Shown: positions 1-8,546 of the stretch, one piece after another
Layout: every line of letters begins with the position of its first letter
How positions within the stretch are numbered: the stretch's first letter is position 1
NCBI GenBank assembly: GCA_043810635.1
Contig: JBDRNY010000068.1
Location: 1-44,022 of the forward strand
Source: Candidatus Micrarchaeota archaeon
GTDB lineage: Archaea; Micrarchaeota; Micrarchaeia; Anstonellales; Anstonellaceae
DNA length: 44,022 bases
Direction: 5' to 3'
Notes under the pieces: generated by a model
Told to the model about the DNA's origin: nothing
Seen by the model: the letters and a program-made list of their open reading frames with translations, nothing else
Databases searched by the model: none
Translations under genes and position numbers: made by a program

Positions 1-2
1 AT

Positions 3-143
3 GTTTTTGCTTGGCTTCTTTCCCATGACGGGCAGATAAATATCTCAGAATTCTCTTCCCAATACAATTTCCCCTCTGCAAGAATCGAGCATTCCCTTGA
101 CAGGTTGTGCAAATCAGGAAAAATAGCGAGGGTGAAAAAATGA
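3..143 (+). CDS. 3' end of a truncated hypothetical protein, possible winged-helix C-terminus
   Basis: Open frame from the window edge reads VFAWLLSHDGQINISEFSSQYNFPSARIEHSLDRLCKSGKIARVKK, TGA at 141-143; spacing resembles a wHTH. Confidence 0.55.
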   Translation, partial: VFAWLLSHDGQINISEFSSQYNFPSARIEHSLDRLCKSGKIARVKK

Positions 144-279
144 GCAAAACCAGCAGCTACCAGTTTAAAATACTCTCCAACAAACCTCTATATGAGCAAT
201 ATATTATTTTGCACAAACAAAATAATATATTAAATATTTTCAAAAGCACACTTTCAAAAATAAAAATAAGGTGAAATGT

Positions 280-1866
280 TTGGCAGTAATAGTTGTTTCC
301 AAAAAAACCCTCTGCTCCCTTGCAAAAATAAATTCAGATGAGGCAGAGCCGATATTAACAGAGCTTGGCATACCTGTCGATTCCCAGGAAGAGGATGCGC
401 TTTATTTGGAAATAACTCCAGACCGCCCTGACTGGCTTTCGGTTGAAGGAATTGCCCGCTCCTGCTATTCTTACAAAACAGGCAAGCCAAAACTTTATAC
501 TTGCCAAAAATCCGACATAAACTTCAAAATCCACCCTTCTGTAAAAAAAGTGCGCCCATACATAGGCTCCGCATTGCTAAAAGGGGTGCCCATGACCCAA
601 GAAATATTTGACTGCCTTATACAATTGCAGGAAAAATTGCATGATACTGTTGGAAGAAACAGAAAAAAAATGGCAATAGGCATACACGACATTTCAAACA
701 TTTCCCCCCCTTACACTTATTGCGCGCTTGAGCCAAATGAATTAAGCTTCGTGCCCCTTGACATGGCCGAATCTTTAACCTGCGCGCAAATTATCAAAAA
801 ACATGAAAAAGGAATAAAATACGCCCATCTAGTTCCGGACAAATGCCCATTAATTTTAGACAAAAACAAAAATGTGCTTTCTTTTCCCCCAATAATAAAC
901 GGTGAATTGACAAAACTCACCCCCAGCTCAAAAGATTTGCTTATTGATTGCACAGGCACCCATGAAAAAACAATAAGATTTGTTGTAAGCATAATTGCAG
1001 CAGCATTGGTTGACAGGGGCGCAAAAGCTTATTCAGTGCAAATAGACAACAAGCTTTATCCATTATTTGAATCAACAAAAACCCCTCTTCCAGTAAAAGA
1101 AGCAAACAAACTGCTCAATTTGAAATTAACTAAAAAGCAAATAATCCACCACCTTTCCCGCCTCGGCCATACAGTAAACGGAAATTATGTTTATTCCCCC
1201 GCATTTCGCGCAGATATTATGCATCCCGTGGATTTAATTGAAGATATTGCAATCTCCTTTGGCTACAACAATTTCACCCCCATCCTCCCGGTTTTCCCCT
1301 CAACAGGCAAATTTGAAAACATTTCTTATATCCACGAAGCTGCAATAGGTTTGGGCTATTTTGAGGCACTAAGCTGGATTTTAACAAACAAAAATATTTT
1401 GGAAAAAGCATCCCTCAACCCTGAAGGCGCCCTCCGCGTAAAAAATCCGCTTACACAGGAATTCACCACCCTTCGCCCGTGGATTTACCCCAATATTCTG
1501 GACATTTTCTCCCGCTCAAAATCAGAGCCCTTCCCCCAGTATCTTTACGAGTTCGGCCCCATAATTCAAAAGCAGGAAAACAATTTTTCCCAGCAACAAC
1601 ACATCTGCTTTGCAGCAACCCATCCAAAATCAAATTTTTCAGAAACTTTCTCCCACCTAAAAGGGTTTCTCTCCTCCCTCGGCATTTCCTGCACTCTTGA
1701 TGAAAAAAATATTGACGGATTTATTTCAGGAAGGTGCGCCTATATAAAAATCGAGGGCAGGAATACAGGCTTGGTTGGCGAAATCCACCCGCAGATGCTT
1801 GAAAAATTCGGCTTGGAGCAGCCGGTTGCATTGTTTGAATTAGATTCAAAATTCCTCAAACCCTGA
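280..1866 (+). CDS. pheT: Phenylalanyl-tRNA synthetase beta subunit (archaeal type)
   Basis: Motifs EITPDRPDWLSVEGIAR, QEKLHDTVGRNR, FPPIING, RADIMHPVDLIEDIAI, GEIHPQMLEKFGL; likely start TTG 280 after SD AGGTGA at 269-274. Confidence 0.95.
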   Translation: MAVIVVSKKTLCSLAKINSDEAEPILTELGIPVDSQEEDALYLEITPDRPDWLSVEGIARSCYSYKTGKPKLYTCQKSDINFKIHPSVKKVRPYIGSALLKGVPMTQEIFDCLIQLQEKLHDTVGRNRKKMAIGIHDISNISPPYTYCALEPNELSFVPLDMAESLTCAQIIKKHEKGIKYAHLVPDKCPLILDKNKNVLSFPPIINGELTKLTPSSKDLLIDCTGTHEKTIRFVVSIIAAALVDRGAKAYSVQIDNKLYPLFESTKTPLPVKEANKLLNLKLTKKQIIHHLSRLGHTVNGNYVYSPAFRADIMHPVDLIEDIAISFGYNNFTPILPVFPSTGKFENISYIHEAAIGLGYFEALSWILTNKNILEKASLNPEGALRVKNPLTQEFTTLRPWIYPNILDIFSRSKSEPFPQYLYEFGPIIQKQENNFSQQQHICFAATHPKSNFSETFSHLKGFLSSLGISCTLDEKNIDGFISGRCAYIKIEGRNTGLVGEIHPQMLEKFGLEQPVALFELDSKFLKP

Positions 1867-2952
1867 TTATTTTTCCAAATGCTCTGCAATTATTTTTGCA
1901 ACCAATTTAACTTCCTCTTCAGCGCTCTTCCTTTCCCATCTGGGGCAGACAACCCATCTCTCCTCCCCCCCCGCTTCTATAAGCATCATCCCCGCATCAA
2001 TAGTTTCCATTTTTCCGGAAGCAAATTTCCTTGCATTAATTTTCTTTCTCACTTCTTCCCAAACATTTACTGAAAATTCCCAAACCCCTTTTCTTTCAAT
2101 TTCAGATTCAATAAGCGCAACCAATTCCTCAAATCCCAGCCCTCCTAATTCAGCACCCACCACTTTTGCAACAGCTTCCCCATACTCTCCCGGATTATTT
2201 TCAAAATAATATCTTAACATTTCCCTTATTGAAACCAATTTTATTTGCATACTCTCCTTTTCCCTTCCCGCTTTCTTCCCCCCAATTTTCTTCCCTTTTT
2301 CCGCTTCTTCCCATGCAATTTCTTTTCCGCCAGCCGGAATTCCTCCTGCTTTTTTCAACACATTAAACATCAATATCGGATAGCCCGCCCTTCTCGGCTT
2401 ATTCTCCATTATTTCCGCCTCCCTTCCCTCCAATTTCACCTCTTCCGCACAAACAAGCAAAACACTCATCAAATCCGGAGCTTTGTATTCCATCTGCCCC
2501 ATTCTTGCCCAAAACCTGTCAAGCACTTTTAATACAATTGTCAAATTCTGCCCGCAAGCCCTCCACATTTCATCAACCAATATTTCAGCGCACTCTTCAA
2601 CCATTTCTATTTGCGGCGCAACCCCTACCTGCATTGTAACATTTCCATGCTCATCCGTAACCGGAACCATTTTCGGAACCATCGTTGTCCTTCTATACTT
2701 CCTGCTTCCCATCACTTTTTTCAATTTCGGCTTTTTTTCCATTGCTTTCAAAACATCTTCCCTCATCCTTTCCTGCATAATTTTTATAAGTGAAAAATCA
2801 ACTCCCCTCCTTCCCATCATAGGGTTCCCTACTGGAATTATTGTAAATGTCTCAATTCCTGCCATAGGAGGGGCATCAATAGGCCTGCCCCATTCCAAAT
2901 ACACCTCTTTCTTCCTTTCTTTTGTTGCAGAAGATTTGTCCATTCCTACCAA
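1867..2952 (-). CDS. Hypothetical protein (about 360 aa)
   Basis: Long ORF with the E/K/G/M-rich composition of the other minus-strand genes; no family motif recognised. Confidence 0.7.
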   Translation of the reverse strand: MVGMDKSSATKERKKEVYLEWGRPIDAPPMAGIETFTIIPVGNPMMGRRGVDFSLIKIMQERMREDVLKAMEKKPKLKKVMGSRKYRRTTMVPKMVPVTDEHGNVTMQVGVAPQIEMVEECAEILVDEMWRACGQNLTIVLKVLDRFWARMGQMEYKAPDLMSVLLVCAEEVKLEGREAEIMENKPRRAGYPILMFNVLKKAGGIPAGGKEIAWEEAEKGKKIGGKKAGREKESMQIKLVSIREMLRYYFENNPGEYGEAVAKVVGAELGGLGFEELVALIESEIERKGVWEFSVNVWEEVRKKINARKFASGKMETIDAGMMLIEAGGEERWVVCPRWERKSAEEEVKLVAKIIAEHLEK

Positions 2953-3096
2953 TACTACAAAAATAGCCGAGAATATAAACCCTAACTATTACTCTCTTTT
3001 TCCAGCCGAAAGCATAACAACCTGAAGAGATGCGTTTCAACTCGAACCCGGAATTATTAATCGAAAAAAAGTAAAAAATTAGTTTTATCTAAAAAA

Positions 3097-4617
3097 TTAA
3101 GTCAATACCTGCCCCGCAACCTTGTTTGCATCAAATTTTTCCAAATCATCATATTCCTGCCCAACACCCAAAAACAAAATAGGCACTCCTGTTGCATATG
3201 AAAGCGAAATAGCTGTCCCTCCTTTTGCATCACAATCCAATTTAGTCAATATTGCACCATCAATTCCAATAGCATCATGAAATGTTGTTATTTGCTCCAA
3301 AATAGCATTCCCCCCGATGCTTTCCCCTACATAAATTTTCAAATCCGGTTTCACAACCCTGTTAATTTTCTTCATTTCATCAATCAAATTCATGTTTGTA
3401 TCCTGCCTTCCTGCAGAATCTATCAGCACGGCGTCAATATTATGGGCATTTGCATATTTTATAGCGTCAAAAGCAACAGCTGCCGGGTCTGACCCATATT
3501 TGCTCTTAATTACTTCAATTCCAAGCCTTGAAGCATGCACGCTCAATTGCTCGATTGCAGCGGCCCTGAAAGTGTCTGATGCGGCAAAAACAACACTCAA
3601 TCCGTTTTTCTGCAGCTTGCTTGCTATTTTTGCAATAGTTGTGGTTTTGCCCGCCCCGTTAGGCCCGACAAACAATATTTTCACCGGCTTTTTCGTTTCC
3701 TCCACTTTTCTGTAAAAATCAACCGGCTCTTTCGGCGTCATTATTTCGCCAAGCACTTCCCTTATAACCTGCTGTATTTCCTCCTGCATTTTCCCCTTGT
3801 GCACTTTCATGCCAACAAGCCGCCCCTTCAATTTCTCAGTCACTGCAAGCGAAACATCATAAGCAACATCAGATTCAAGCAATGACAATTCCAATTCATC
3901 AAGCAAATCCTGCACATCTTCTTGTGCAACAGTTATTGTCGGCGAGAAAAACCCTGCAACAGATTTCCCAAGTCCCACTCGCGCTTCCATTTTCCGTTCT
4001 TTCCCTTCAAGCGCCTTTTTTTCCAGCCTTTCAAAATCTTTTTCATCCGCCCCTCTTGCTTCCTTTATTTCAATTTCAACATCTTTTTCTTTTCTCCCAA
4101 TATCAATTTCCCCCTTCTTTTCCTCCGCTTCAATTTCTTTCCCCTCTTTCTTCCCGCCAAAAAACCCTTTTGCAATATCAATAATTGAAGAATGCTTCGG
4201 CTCTTCTTCAAATTTCAAATCAATTTCCTTTTTTATTTCAATCTCTTTTGTTTTTTCCGGAGCACTCGGTTTTTCCTCCATTTTTACTTCAATCCTTTTC
4301 TCCTCTACTTTCGGCTTTTTCACAACAGACTTTACTTCTGTTTTTATCTCAACTTTTTCTTCCACCACTTTCTTTTCCTTCACAACAGGCTTTGCTTCAG
4401 TTTCCTTTTTTTCTTTCTTCGCCGGAATTTTCTTCTTTTCCTTTACAACCACTTTCGGTTTCACTTCCTTTTCCTCAATTTCCCCCGCTTTTTTCATTTC
4501 TCCCCTTTCAATTTCTTTTTTCCCTGCCGCAGGCTCAGCAGTTTCTTCCTTAGCCTTCTCCCGGCCAACCAGTTTGTTTACAAAGCCAGCCAGCTTATTC
4601 TTGAGTAGGTTGAACAT
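3097..4617 (-). CDS. ftsY: SRP receptor FtsY with long charged N-terminal extension
   Basis: GPNGAGKTTTIAK, DTFRAAAIEQL, DSAGR, TKLDCDAKGG SRP-GTPase motifs; position after prefoldin alpha. Confidence 0.96.
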   Translation of the reverse strand: MFNLLKNKLAGFVNKLVGREKAKEETAEPAAGKKEIERGEMKKAGEIEEKEVKPKVVVKEKKKIPAKKEKKETEAKPVVKEKKVVEEKVEIKTEVKSVVKKPKVEEKRIEVKMEEKPSAPEKTKEIEIKKEIDLKFEEEPKHSSIIDIAKGFFGGKKEGKEIEAEEKKGEIDIGRKEKDVEIEIKEARGADEKDFERLEKKALEGKERKMEARVGLGKSVAGFFSPTITVAQEDVQDLLDELELSLLESDVAYDVSLAVTEKLKGRLVGMKVHKGKMQEEIQQVIREVLGEIMTPKEPVDFYRKVEETKKPVKILFVGPNGAGKTTTIAKIASKLQKNGLSVVFAASDTFRAAAIEQLSVHASRLGIEVIKSKYGSDPAAVAFDAIKYANAHNIDAVLIDSAGRQDTNMNLIDEMKKINRVVKPDLKIYVGESIGGNAILEQITTFHDAIGIDGAILTKLDCDAKGGTAISLSYATGVPILFLGVGQEYDDLEKFDANKVAGQVLT

Positions 4618-5029
4618 TTTCCATCCTTGTCGCTAAAACAGACGCTTTTGCATTAATGCCCTGGATTCGCTCATTAACATTAATCAAATTCCTTTGCGCT
4701 TTCTCAAAAGAGGCATTAACATTCTTCAGCCTATCTTCCAAAATGCTTATTGCCTCTTTCGCATCCTTTTTCATGATAATGCCCGCGCCCACAGATATAA
4801 GCACCGAATTTATATCAACTTCCTTGCATGCAATATATGCCCCCGAGCCTATCGGCAAAATTGCCTTGTCTTTTGCAAGCTTCAAATTTTTCAGGCTGTC
4901 AATGGTTGCATTCAAATCCCTTACAGTTGATTCCATAATATCTATCTGCCCCTGCAGAATCTGCCCTTCCCTCTGCAGCAACTGGGCCTGCATTGCAAGC
5001 CTGTTCAACTCCTCATCCGCTTTGCTCAT
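4595..5029 (-). CDS. pfdA: Prefoldin subunit alpha
   Basis: Coiled coils flanking ILPIGSGAYI and VLISVGAGII hairpins; conserved operon position; start taken at ATG 5029. Confidence 0.92.
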   Translation of the reverse strand: MSKADEELNRLAMQAQLLQREGQILQGQIDIMESTVRDLNATIDSLKNLKLAKDKAILPIGSGAYIACKEVDINSVLISVGAGIIMKKDAKEAISILEDRLKNVNASFEKAQRNLINVNERIQGINAKASVLATRMENVQPTQE

Positions 5030-5204
5030 TTTTCCACTCCTCCACCTTTTCAATTTTTATCTGCGACCTTTTTAATTTATGGTCTGCCCCAAGCTTTTGC
5101 AGCACAAGCTCTTCCGCCCTCTTCCTGCTTGCCGCCTCAATCTCTTTTACAAAACTTTCAATTCTTTCGCCCATTCTCATTTTTCCTTCAACAACAAATT
5201 TCAT
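5013..5204 (-). CDS. rpl18a: 50S ribosomal protein L18Ae/LX (eL20)
   Basis: FVKEIEA...AEELVLQKLGADHKLKRSQIKI pattern; lies between aIF6 and prefoldin. Confidence 0.9.
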   Translation of the reverse strand: MKFVVEGKMRMGERIESFVKEIEAASRKRAEELVLQKLGADHKLKRSQIKIEKVEEWKNEQSG

Positions 5205-5213
5205 TCCCCCACC

Positions 5214-5882
5214 TCAATCCGTCAAATCCAATGCCTGCTCAATCCTGCCCAATTCAAAACCGCTGGTAGCATCGCCTGCAATCCCTGAGTTTGAATTTGC
5301 CACAATACCAAGCCCCACCATTGCAGTGCCTGAATTCACTGTTCCGTTCATTCCTTTCACTTTAAACACTTTTTCAAGCATCTCTCCCTCTTCCTCATCT
5401 ATCCTGTTATGCGCAACCCATCCCTTGTTTGTTGCAACAACCATCATTCCAACAGTTTTATACCCCGCAATTTTTTTCCCGACAGCCCCCACCCCAAGCG
5501 TTTCCTCAACATCTTTCAAAAGTTCTTTCGGCATATCTGGATTCACAATCGCACCTTTATCATTGCATGCAATATTGTTTCCAAGCGCGCAAAACCTGGA
5601 ATCTTTTACAACCAGCACTTCCAGCCCCTTCTCCCTAATTTCCTTTATTTCATTTTTTTCGCAAAAAGGGGGAAGCACTATTCCATGCGAATTCATTGCA
5701 AAATATATTCCAACATAGGGGGAGGTGGCAACCGATGCGTGAAACACATCCACTCCTAAATTTCCTACCCCCTCCTGAAATTTTTTCGGGGCGCTTTTTG
5801 CAACAAATGCCAGCCTGTCGCTTGCTTTTGCATATAATCCCAAAAACGGATTTCCTGCAAAACTTGTTTTTCTTACCGCCAT
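5214..5882 (-). CDS. eif6: Translation initiation factor aIF6
   Basis: GNPFLGLY, LGNNIACNDKGAIV, GTVNSG, ANSNSGIAGDATSGFELGRIEQAL; start ATG 5882. Confidence 0.95.
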   Translation of the reverse strand: MAVRKTSFAGNPFLGLYAKASDRLAFVAKSAPKKFQEGVGNLGVDVFHASVATSPYVGIYFAMNSHGIVLPPFCEKNEIKEIREKGLEVLVVKDSRFCALGNNIACNDKGAIVNPDMPKELLKDVEETLGVGAVGKKIAGYKTVGMMVVATNKGWVAHNRIDEEEGEMLEKVFKVKGMNGTVNSGTAMVGLGIVANSNSGIAGDATSGFELGRIEQALDLTD

Positions 5883-5886
5883 AACC

Positions 5887-6300
5887 TTACTCTCTTCTTT
5901 TTGCACTTTCAACAATTTTTTCCAACTTTTTCTCTTCCTCGCTTTTCTCCGGCTTTTCTGCTTTCCTCTCCTCTTTCTTTTTTTCAGGAGGCGCTTCCTT
6001 CTTTTTCTCCTCCTCTTTTTTCCTCTCTTCCTCCTTCTTCACGTTCTCCTCTTCCCCAATTATCCATGCAGTTGCTTTCTCCCCTTCTCTTATACACCTT
6101 ATTTTGATTTTCCTCTGGGGCTTTTGCACGGAATCCCTCCAAACAAGGCTGTTCACTCCCGCGGAAATCACAACATTTTTTTCATCAACTTTCATGTGCT
6201 TTGCAAGATATTTCCTAAGAATTTTCACTGCCTTTCCAGCCCTTTTATTTCTTACTTCATTGTAGCTTTCAGACAAATTAACAATATACACTCTTTCCAA
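5887..6300 (-). CDS. rpl31e: 50S ribosomal protein L31e (true start may be ATG 6320, one base out of frame)
   Basis: ERVYIVNL, RNKRAGKAVKILRKYLAKHMK, VNSLVWRDSVQKPQRKIKI; adding one A to the A4 run at 6301-6304 gives MADADEKLERVY. Confidence 0.92.
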   Translation of the reverse strand: MERVYIVNLSESYNEVRNKRAGKAVKILRKYLAKHMKVDEKNVVISAGVNSLVWRDSVQKPQRKIKIRCIREGEKATAWIIGEEENVKKEEERKKEEEKKKEAPPEKKKEERKAEKPEKSEEEKKLEKIVESAKRRE

Positions 6301-6340
6301 TTTTCATCAGCATCTGCCATCCAATCACACTTCCTCGCCC

Positions 6341-6478
6341 AAGCCCCCGCAAGCGGGGGTAAAGGCTTTTCAATCACTTTTTCCTCCTATGACACCGGAT
6401 CGCACGCCTTCGCCAAGCTTGCTTGGCGAGTAGACAGCCGACTCGTCGGCTGGCGTATTAGGCGTGGAAGCGTGTCAC
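6341..6478 (+). mobile_element. Palindrome cluster with an IS200/IS605-like right-end remnant (PATE/REP-like)
   Basis: Hairpin CCCCCGC-AA-GCGGGGG (6344-6359); outer stem CACGCCT/AGGCGTG followed by GAAGCGTGTCAC, enclosing two perfect hairpins. Confidence 0.5.
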
Positions 6479-6636
6479 TTCTCCTTAATTTTCATCTTCT
6501 GATTTCTCCAAGCCCTGCGCCTGTTGTTGCTTATAACTCTCCTGTTCGTCCTGGCAACAACAAAAAGAGGTATCCTCCTGTTTTGCTTCAGCTTTTTTCC
6601 AAGCATTGCTTTTTTTCTAGAACTTTTTTTGCTCAT
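6475..6636 (-). CDS. rpl39e: 50S ribosomal protein L39e (below the ORF-track cutoff)
   Basis: Manual translation MSKKSSRKKAMLGKKLKQNRRIPLFVVARTNRRVISNNRRRAWRNQKMKIKEK; KQNRRIP and RRxWR signatures; upstream of rpl31e. Confidence 0.95.
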   Translation of the reverse strand: MSKKSSRKKAMLGKKLKQNRRIPLFVVARTNRRVISNNRRRAWRNQKMKIKEK

Positions 6637-6651
6637 ATTCAAACACCTTAT

Positions 6652-7014
6652 TTATGCAATATAGCTCTGCGCTTGGGGCGCGGCCAGCTTTTTTACATCA
6701 ATGTTTGGTTTGCGCTTTCTTTTTTCAAGCATTTCCTTGTAAGCATTCCAGATTTTTCTTGCTTTTTTCCCTTCAACTATGCTTACCACCATATGCACAG
6801 GCACAGGCGGCTCATGCTTTTCATCAGGCCTGTAATCCACAAGCACAATCTGCCCTTCCTTAATTTTTGCTGCTATTTTCGGCGACACTGCAAATGTAAG
6901 CACATTCTCATCCCACATTTCAAGGGTTGCTTTTACTATAGCATCTGCGCTCACAACTCCTTTGTCGCTTCCTTTTACCACTTCAACAACTTTTCCGGGG
7001 TGATACATACACAA
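6652..7014 (-). CDS. Hypothetical small protein, HypC/HupF-like N-terminus and probable OB fold
   Basis: MCMYHPGKVVEV start and KIKEGQIVLVDY strand resemble HypC MCLAIPGKVVEI...GDYVLVH; good SD GGAGGT. Confidence 0.7.
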   Translation of the reverse strand: MCMYHPGKVVEVVKGSDKGVVSADAIVKATLEMWDENVLTFAVSPKIAAKIKEGQIVLVDYRPDEKHEPPVPVHMVVSIVEGKKARKIWNAYKEMLEKRKRKPNIDVKKLAAPQAQSYIA

Positions 7015-7027
7015 ACCTCCGACAAAT

Positions 7028-7360
7028 TCATTCCTCTATTTCTCCTCCTTTTCTTCTAAATGTAATTTTTGTTTCCCTCTTTTTTCCCCCCAATTTTACA
7101 AGCATTTCCTTCAACTGCCCCTCACCCATCCTCCCCCTCATCTTTCCGCTCTGGCGAAGATATGCAATCATTTGCACAGCTTTTGCAAACAATTCAGGGT
7201 TATTTTGCCTTACAAACATCAGTCTTTCATATGCTTGCGGCATCAATAATTGGGCAATTGCGCTCCTTATCTGCTCTTCTTGCACAGCCCTTTTTTTTGC
7301 CTCTTCAAGAGCTTTCTGCGCTTTTTGCGCCCTTAGTTGTTCAAGCTCCTGCTCATTCAT
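7028..7360 (-). CDS. PDCD5/TFAR19-like dsDNA-binding protein
   Basis: ELEQLR..., AIAQLLMPQAYERL, QLKEML...KRETKITFRRK; standard neighbour of rps19e. Confidence 0.92.
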   Translation of the reverse strand: MNEQELEQLRAQKAQKALEEAKKRAVQEEQIRSAIAQLLMPQAYERLMFVRQNNPELFAKAVQMIAYLRQSGKMRGRMGEGQLKEMLVKLGGKKRETKITFRRKGGEIEE

Positions 7361-7381
7361 TTTCTTTCACCAACATCATAC

Positions 7382-7816
7382 TTATTCCTCTTTTTTCCCA
7401 TCTGCTTCATCTGCCACCAGTTTTGCAGCCGCATCCAGCAATTTCCTTCCTTTTGGTGCAAGCTCCCTTCCAACTTTTCCTTTTTTAAGCAATTCCGCTT
7501 TTTCAAGCGCCTGCATTCCCTTTCTTATCGTGCTTCCGCCCGCCCTTCTGTGCTTTTCAGGCTTCACTCCCCTGTCTTTTCTTCCCCCATAATGCGTCCT
7601 CAACCTCGACACTCCAATTCTTGGATTCAAGTATGCCTTTCTAAGAATTGATGCGCACCTTATATACCAAAATTTATCATCTTGGGGCAGCCTTTCTGCA
7701 TGCGCGCCTGATTTTACATTGCCCACCCATGCAGGCATTTCTAAATTCATTTCCTCAAGCTTTTGGGCGGTTTTTTTGATAAGCTTGAGCGCATCCACAT
7801 CATATACAGTAACCAT
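7382..7816 (-). CDS. rps19e: 30S ribosomal protein S19e
   Basis: MVTVYDV, VKSGAHAERLP, WYIRCASILRK, YGGRKDRGVKP; start ATG 7816 after GGAGGT SD. Confidence 0.96.
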   Translation of the reverse strand: MVTVYDVDALKLIKKTAQKLEEMNLEMPAWVGNVKSGAHAERLPQDDKFWYIRCASILRKAYLNPRIGVSRLRTHYGGRKDRGVKPEKHRRAGGSTIRKGMQALEKAELLKKGKVGRELAPKGRKLLDAAAKLVADEADGKKEE

Positions 7817-7986
7817 TATCTCTAACCTCCTGTTTTGCTTTTTCCCCCAACACTTTCCAGCCAAAAGGGCTGAAAACACGCCGCCCCAAGGACGGCAAAG
7901 AAATGCTGGCAGGGTTAGCTGCATTTGCAGATTTCTAAAAAGCATTTTGCTGGCTATTTTACTGCTTTTTCATATTTATAAGGCTT

Positions 7987-8292
7987 TCAGGCGTGCAATT
8001 TTCTCTCTGCACTGCATTTTTTGCACCTATAGATTTCCCACTCCCCCACTTCCTCTTTTTCCAGATTATACCCTTCAATCCACAGAATATTGCATTTTTT
8101 GCAAAATTTCTTTTTCCTTATCTTTTTGATTGCAATTCTGTGCCTCATTGCAATTTTTTTTGCCAATTTCACATATGAAACAGCATCTTCCTCCCTCTCT
8201 TTCACACACCCCGCAGCTTCATCCAGCAGTTTATCCATTCTTTTTTCGGCAATTTCCCGCAGGTACGGAATTCCCTTTTTCTTCTTAGCCAT
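7987..8292 (-). CDS. rnp4: Ribonuclease P protein subunit Rpp21 (RPR2)
   Basis: IAEKRMDKL, YVKLAKKIAMRHRI, two CxxC zinc-ribbon pairs (FCKKC, CKKC). Confidence 0.9.
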   Translation of the reverse strand: MAKKKKGIPYLREIAEKRMDKLLDEAAGCVKEREEDAVSYVKLAKKIAMRHRIAIKKIRKKKFCKKCNILWIEGYNLEKEEVGEWEIYRCKKCSAERKLHA

Positions 8293-8329
8293 TTGTTTTC
8301 ACACTCGAAAGAATAGCTCCTTCCTCATT

Positions 8330-8337
8330 TTTATAAA
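8330..8337 (+). promoter_or_regulatory. TATA box for tRNA-Ile, possibly shared with divergent rnp4
   Basis: TTTATAAA 23-30 nt upstream of the mature tRNA 5' end at 8360. Confidence 0.55.
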
Positions 8338-8359
8338 CTCCTACTTCGCTAATCATATC

Positions 8360-8507
8360 GGGCCCGTAGCTCAGCCCGGTCAGAGCGGCAGTCTTATAAG
8401 AGGCATCCGCAAATGTGCGGACTGCTCTAGGCAAGCTGTAGGTCGAGGGTTCAATAGCTATTTCATAATTTATTTATGGAATAGTCGGACACATCCCTCC
8501 GGGCCCA
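8360..8507 (+). tRNA. tRNA-Ile(UAU) with two introns (37/38: 8399-8433; 58/59: 8455-8492)
   Basis: Acceptor GGGCCCG/CGGGCCC-A, D stem GCTC/GAGC, anticodon loop CT-TAT-A^A, T stem GAGGG/CCCTC; BHB central helices CTTA/TAGG and GTTC/GGAC; CCA not encoded. Confidence 0.88.
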
Positions 8508-8546
8508 TTTTAAAATTCTGCATTCTTAATTATTCTGGGGAGGTTT

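Noticed and set aside
140-274. 44-codon ORF (MSKTSSYQFK...) with GGTGA SD and ATGA overlap with the upstream gene
   Set aside because: Very AT-rich, runs through the probable pheT promoter and shows no motif; may be a gene remnant but cannot be supported
4000-4560. K/E-rich quasi-repeats in the FtsY N-terminus
   Set aside because: Charged low-complexity N-terminal extensions are normal for FtsY
6301-6320. Programmed frameshift in rpl31e
   Set aside because: A single missing A in a short run, with a usable in-frame TTG; an assembly indel is more likely and no slippery heptamer is evident
6124-7059. 311-aa plus-strand ORF
   Set aside because: Antisense shadow of rpl31e, rpl39e and the HypC-like gene; stop-poor because of strand skew
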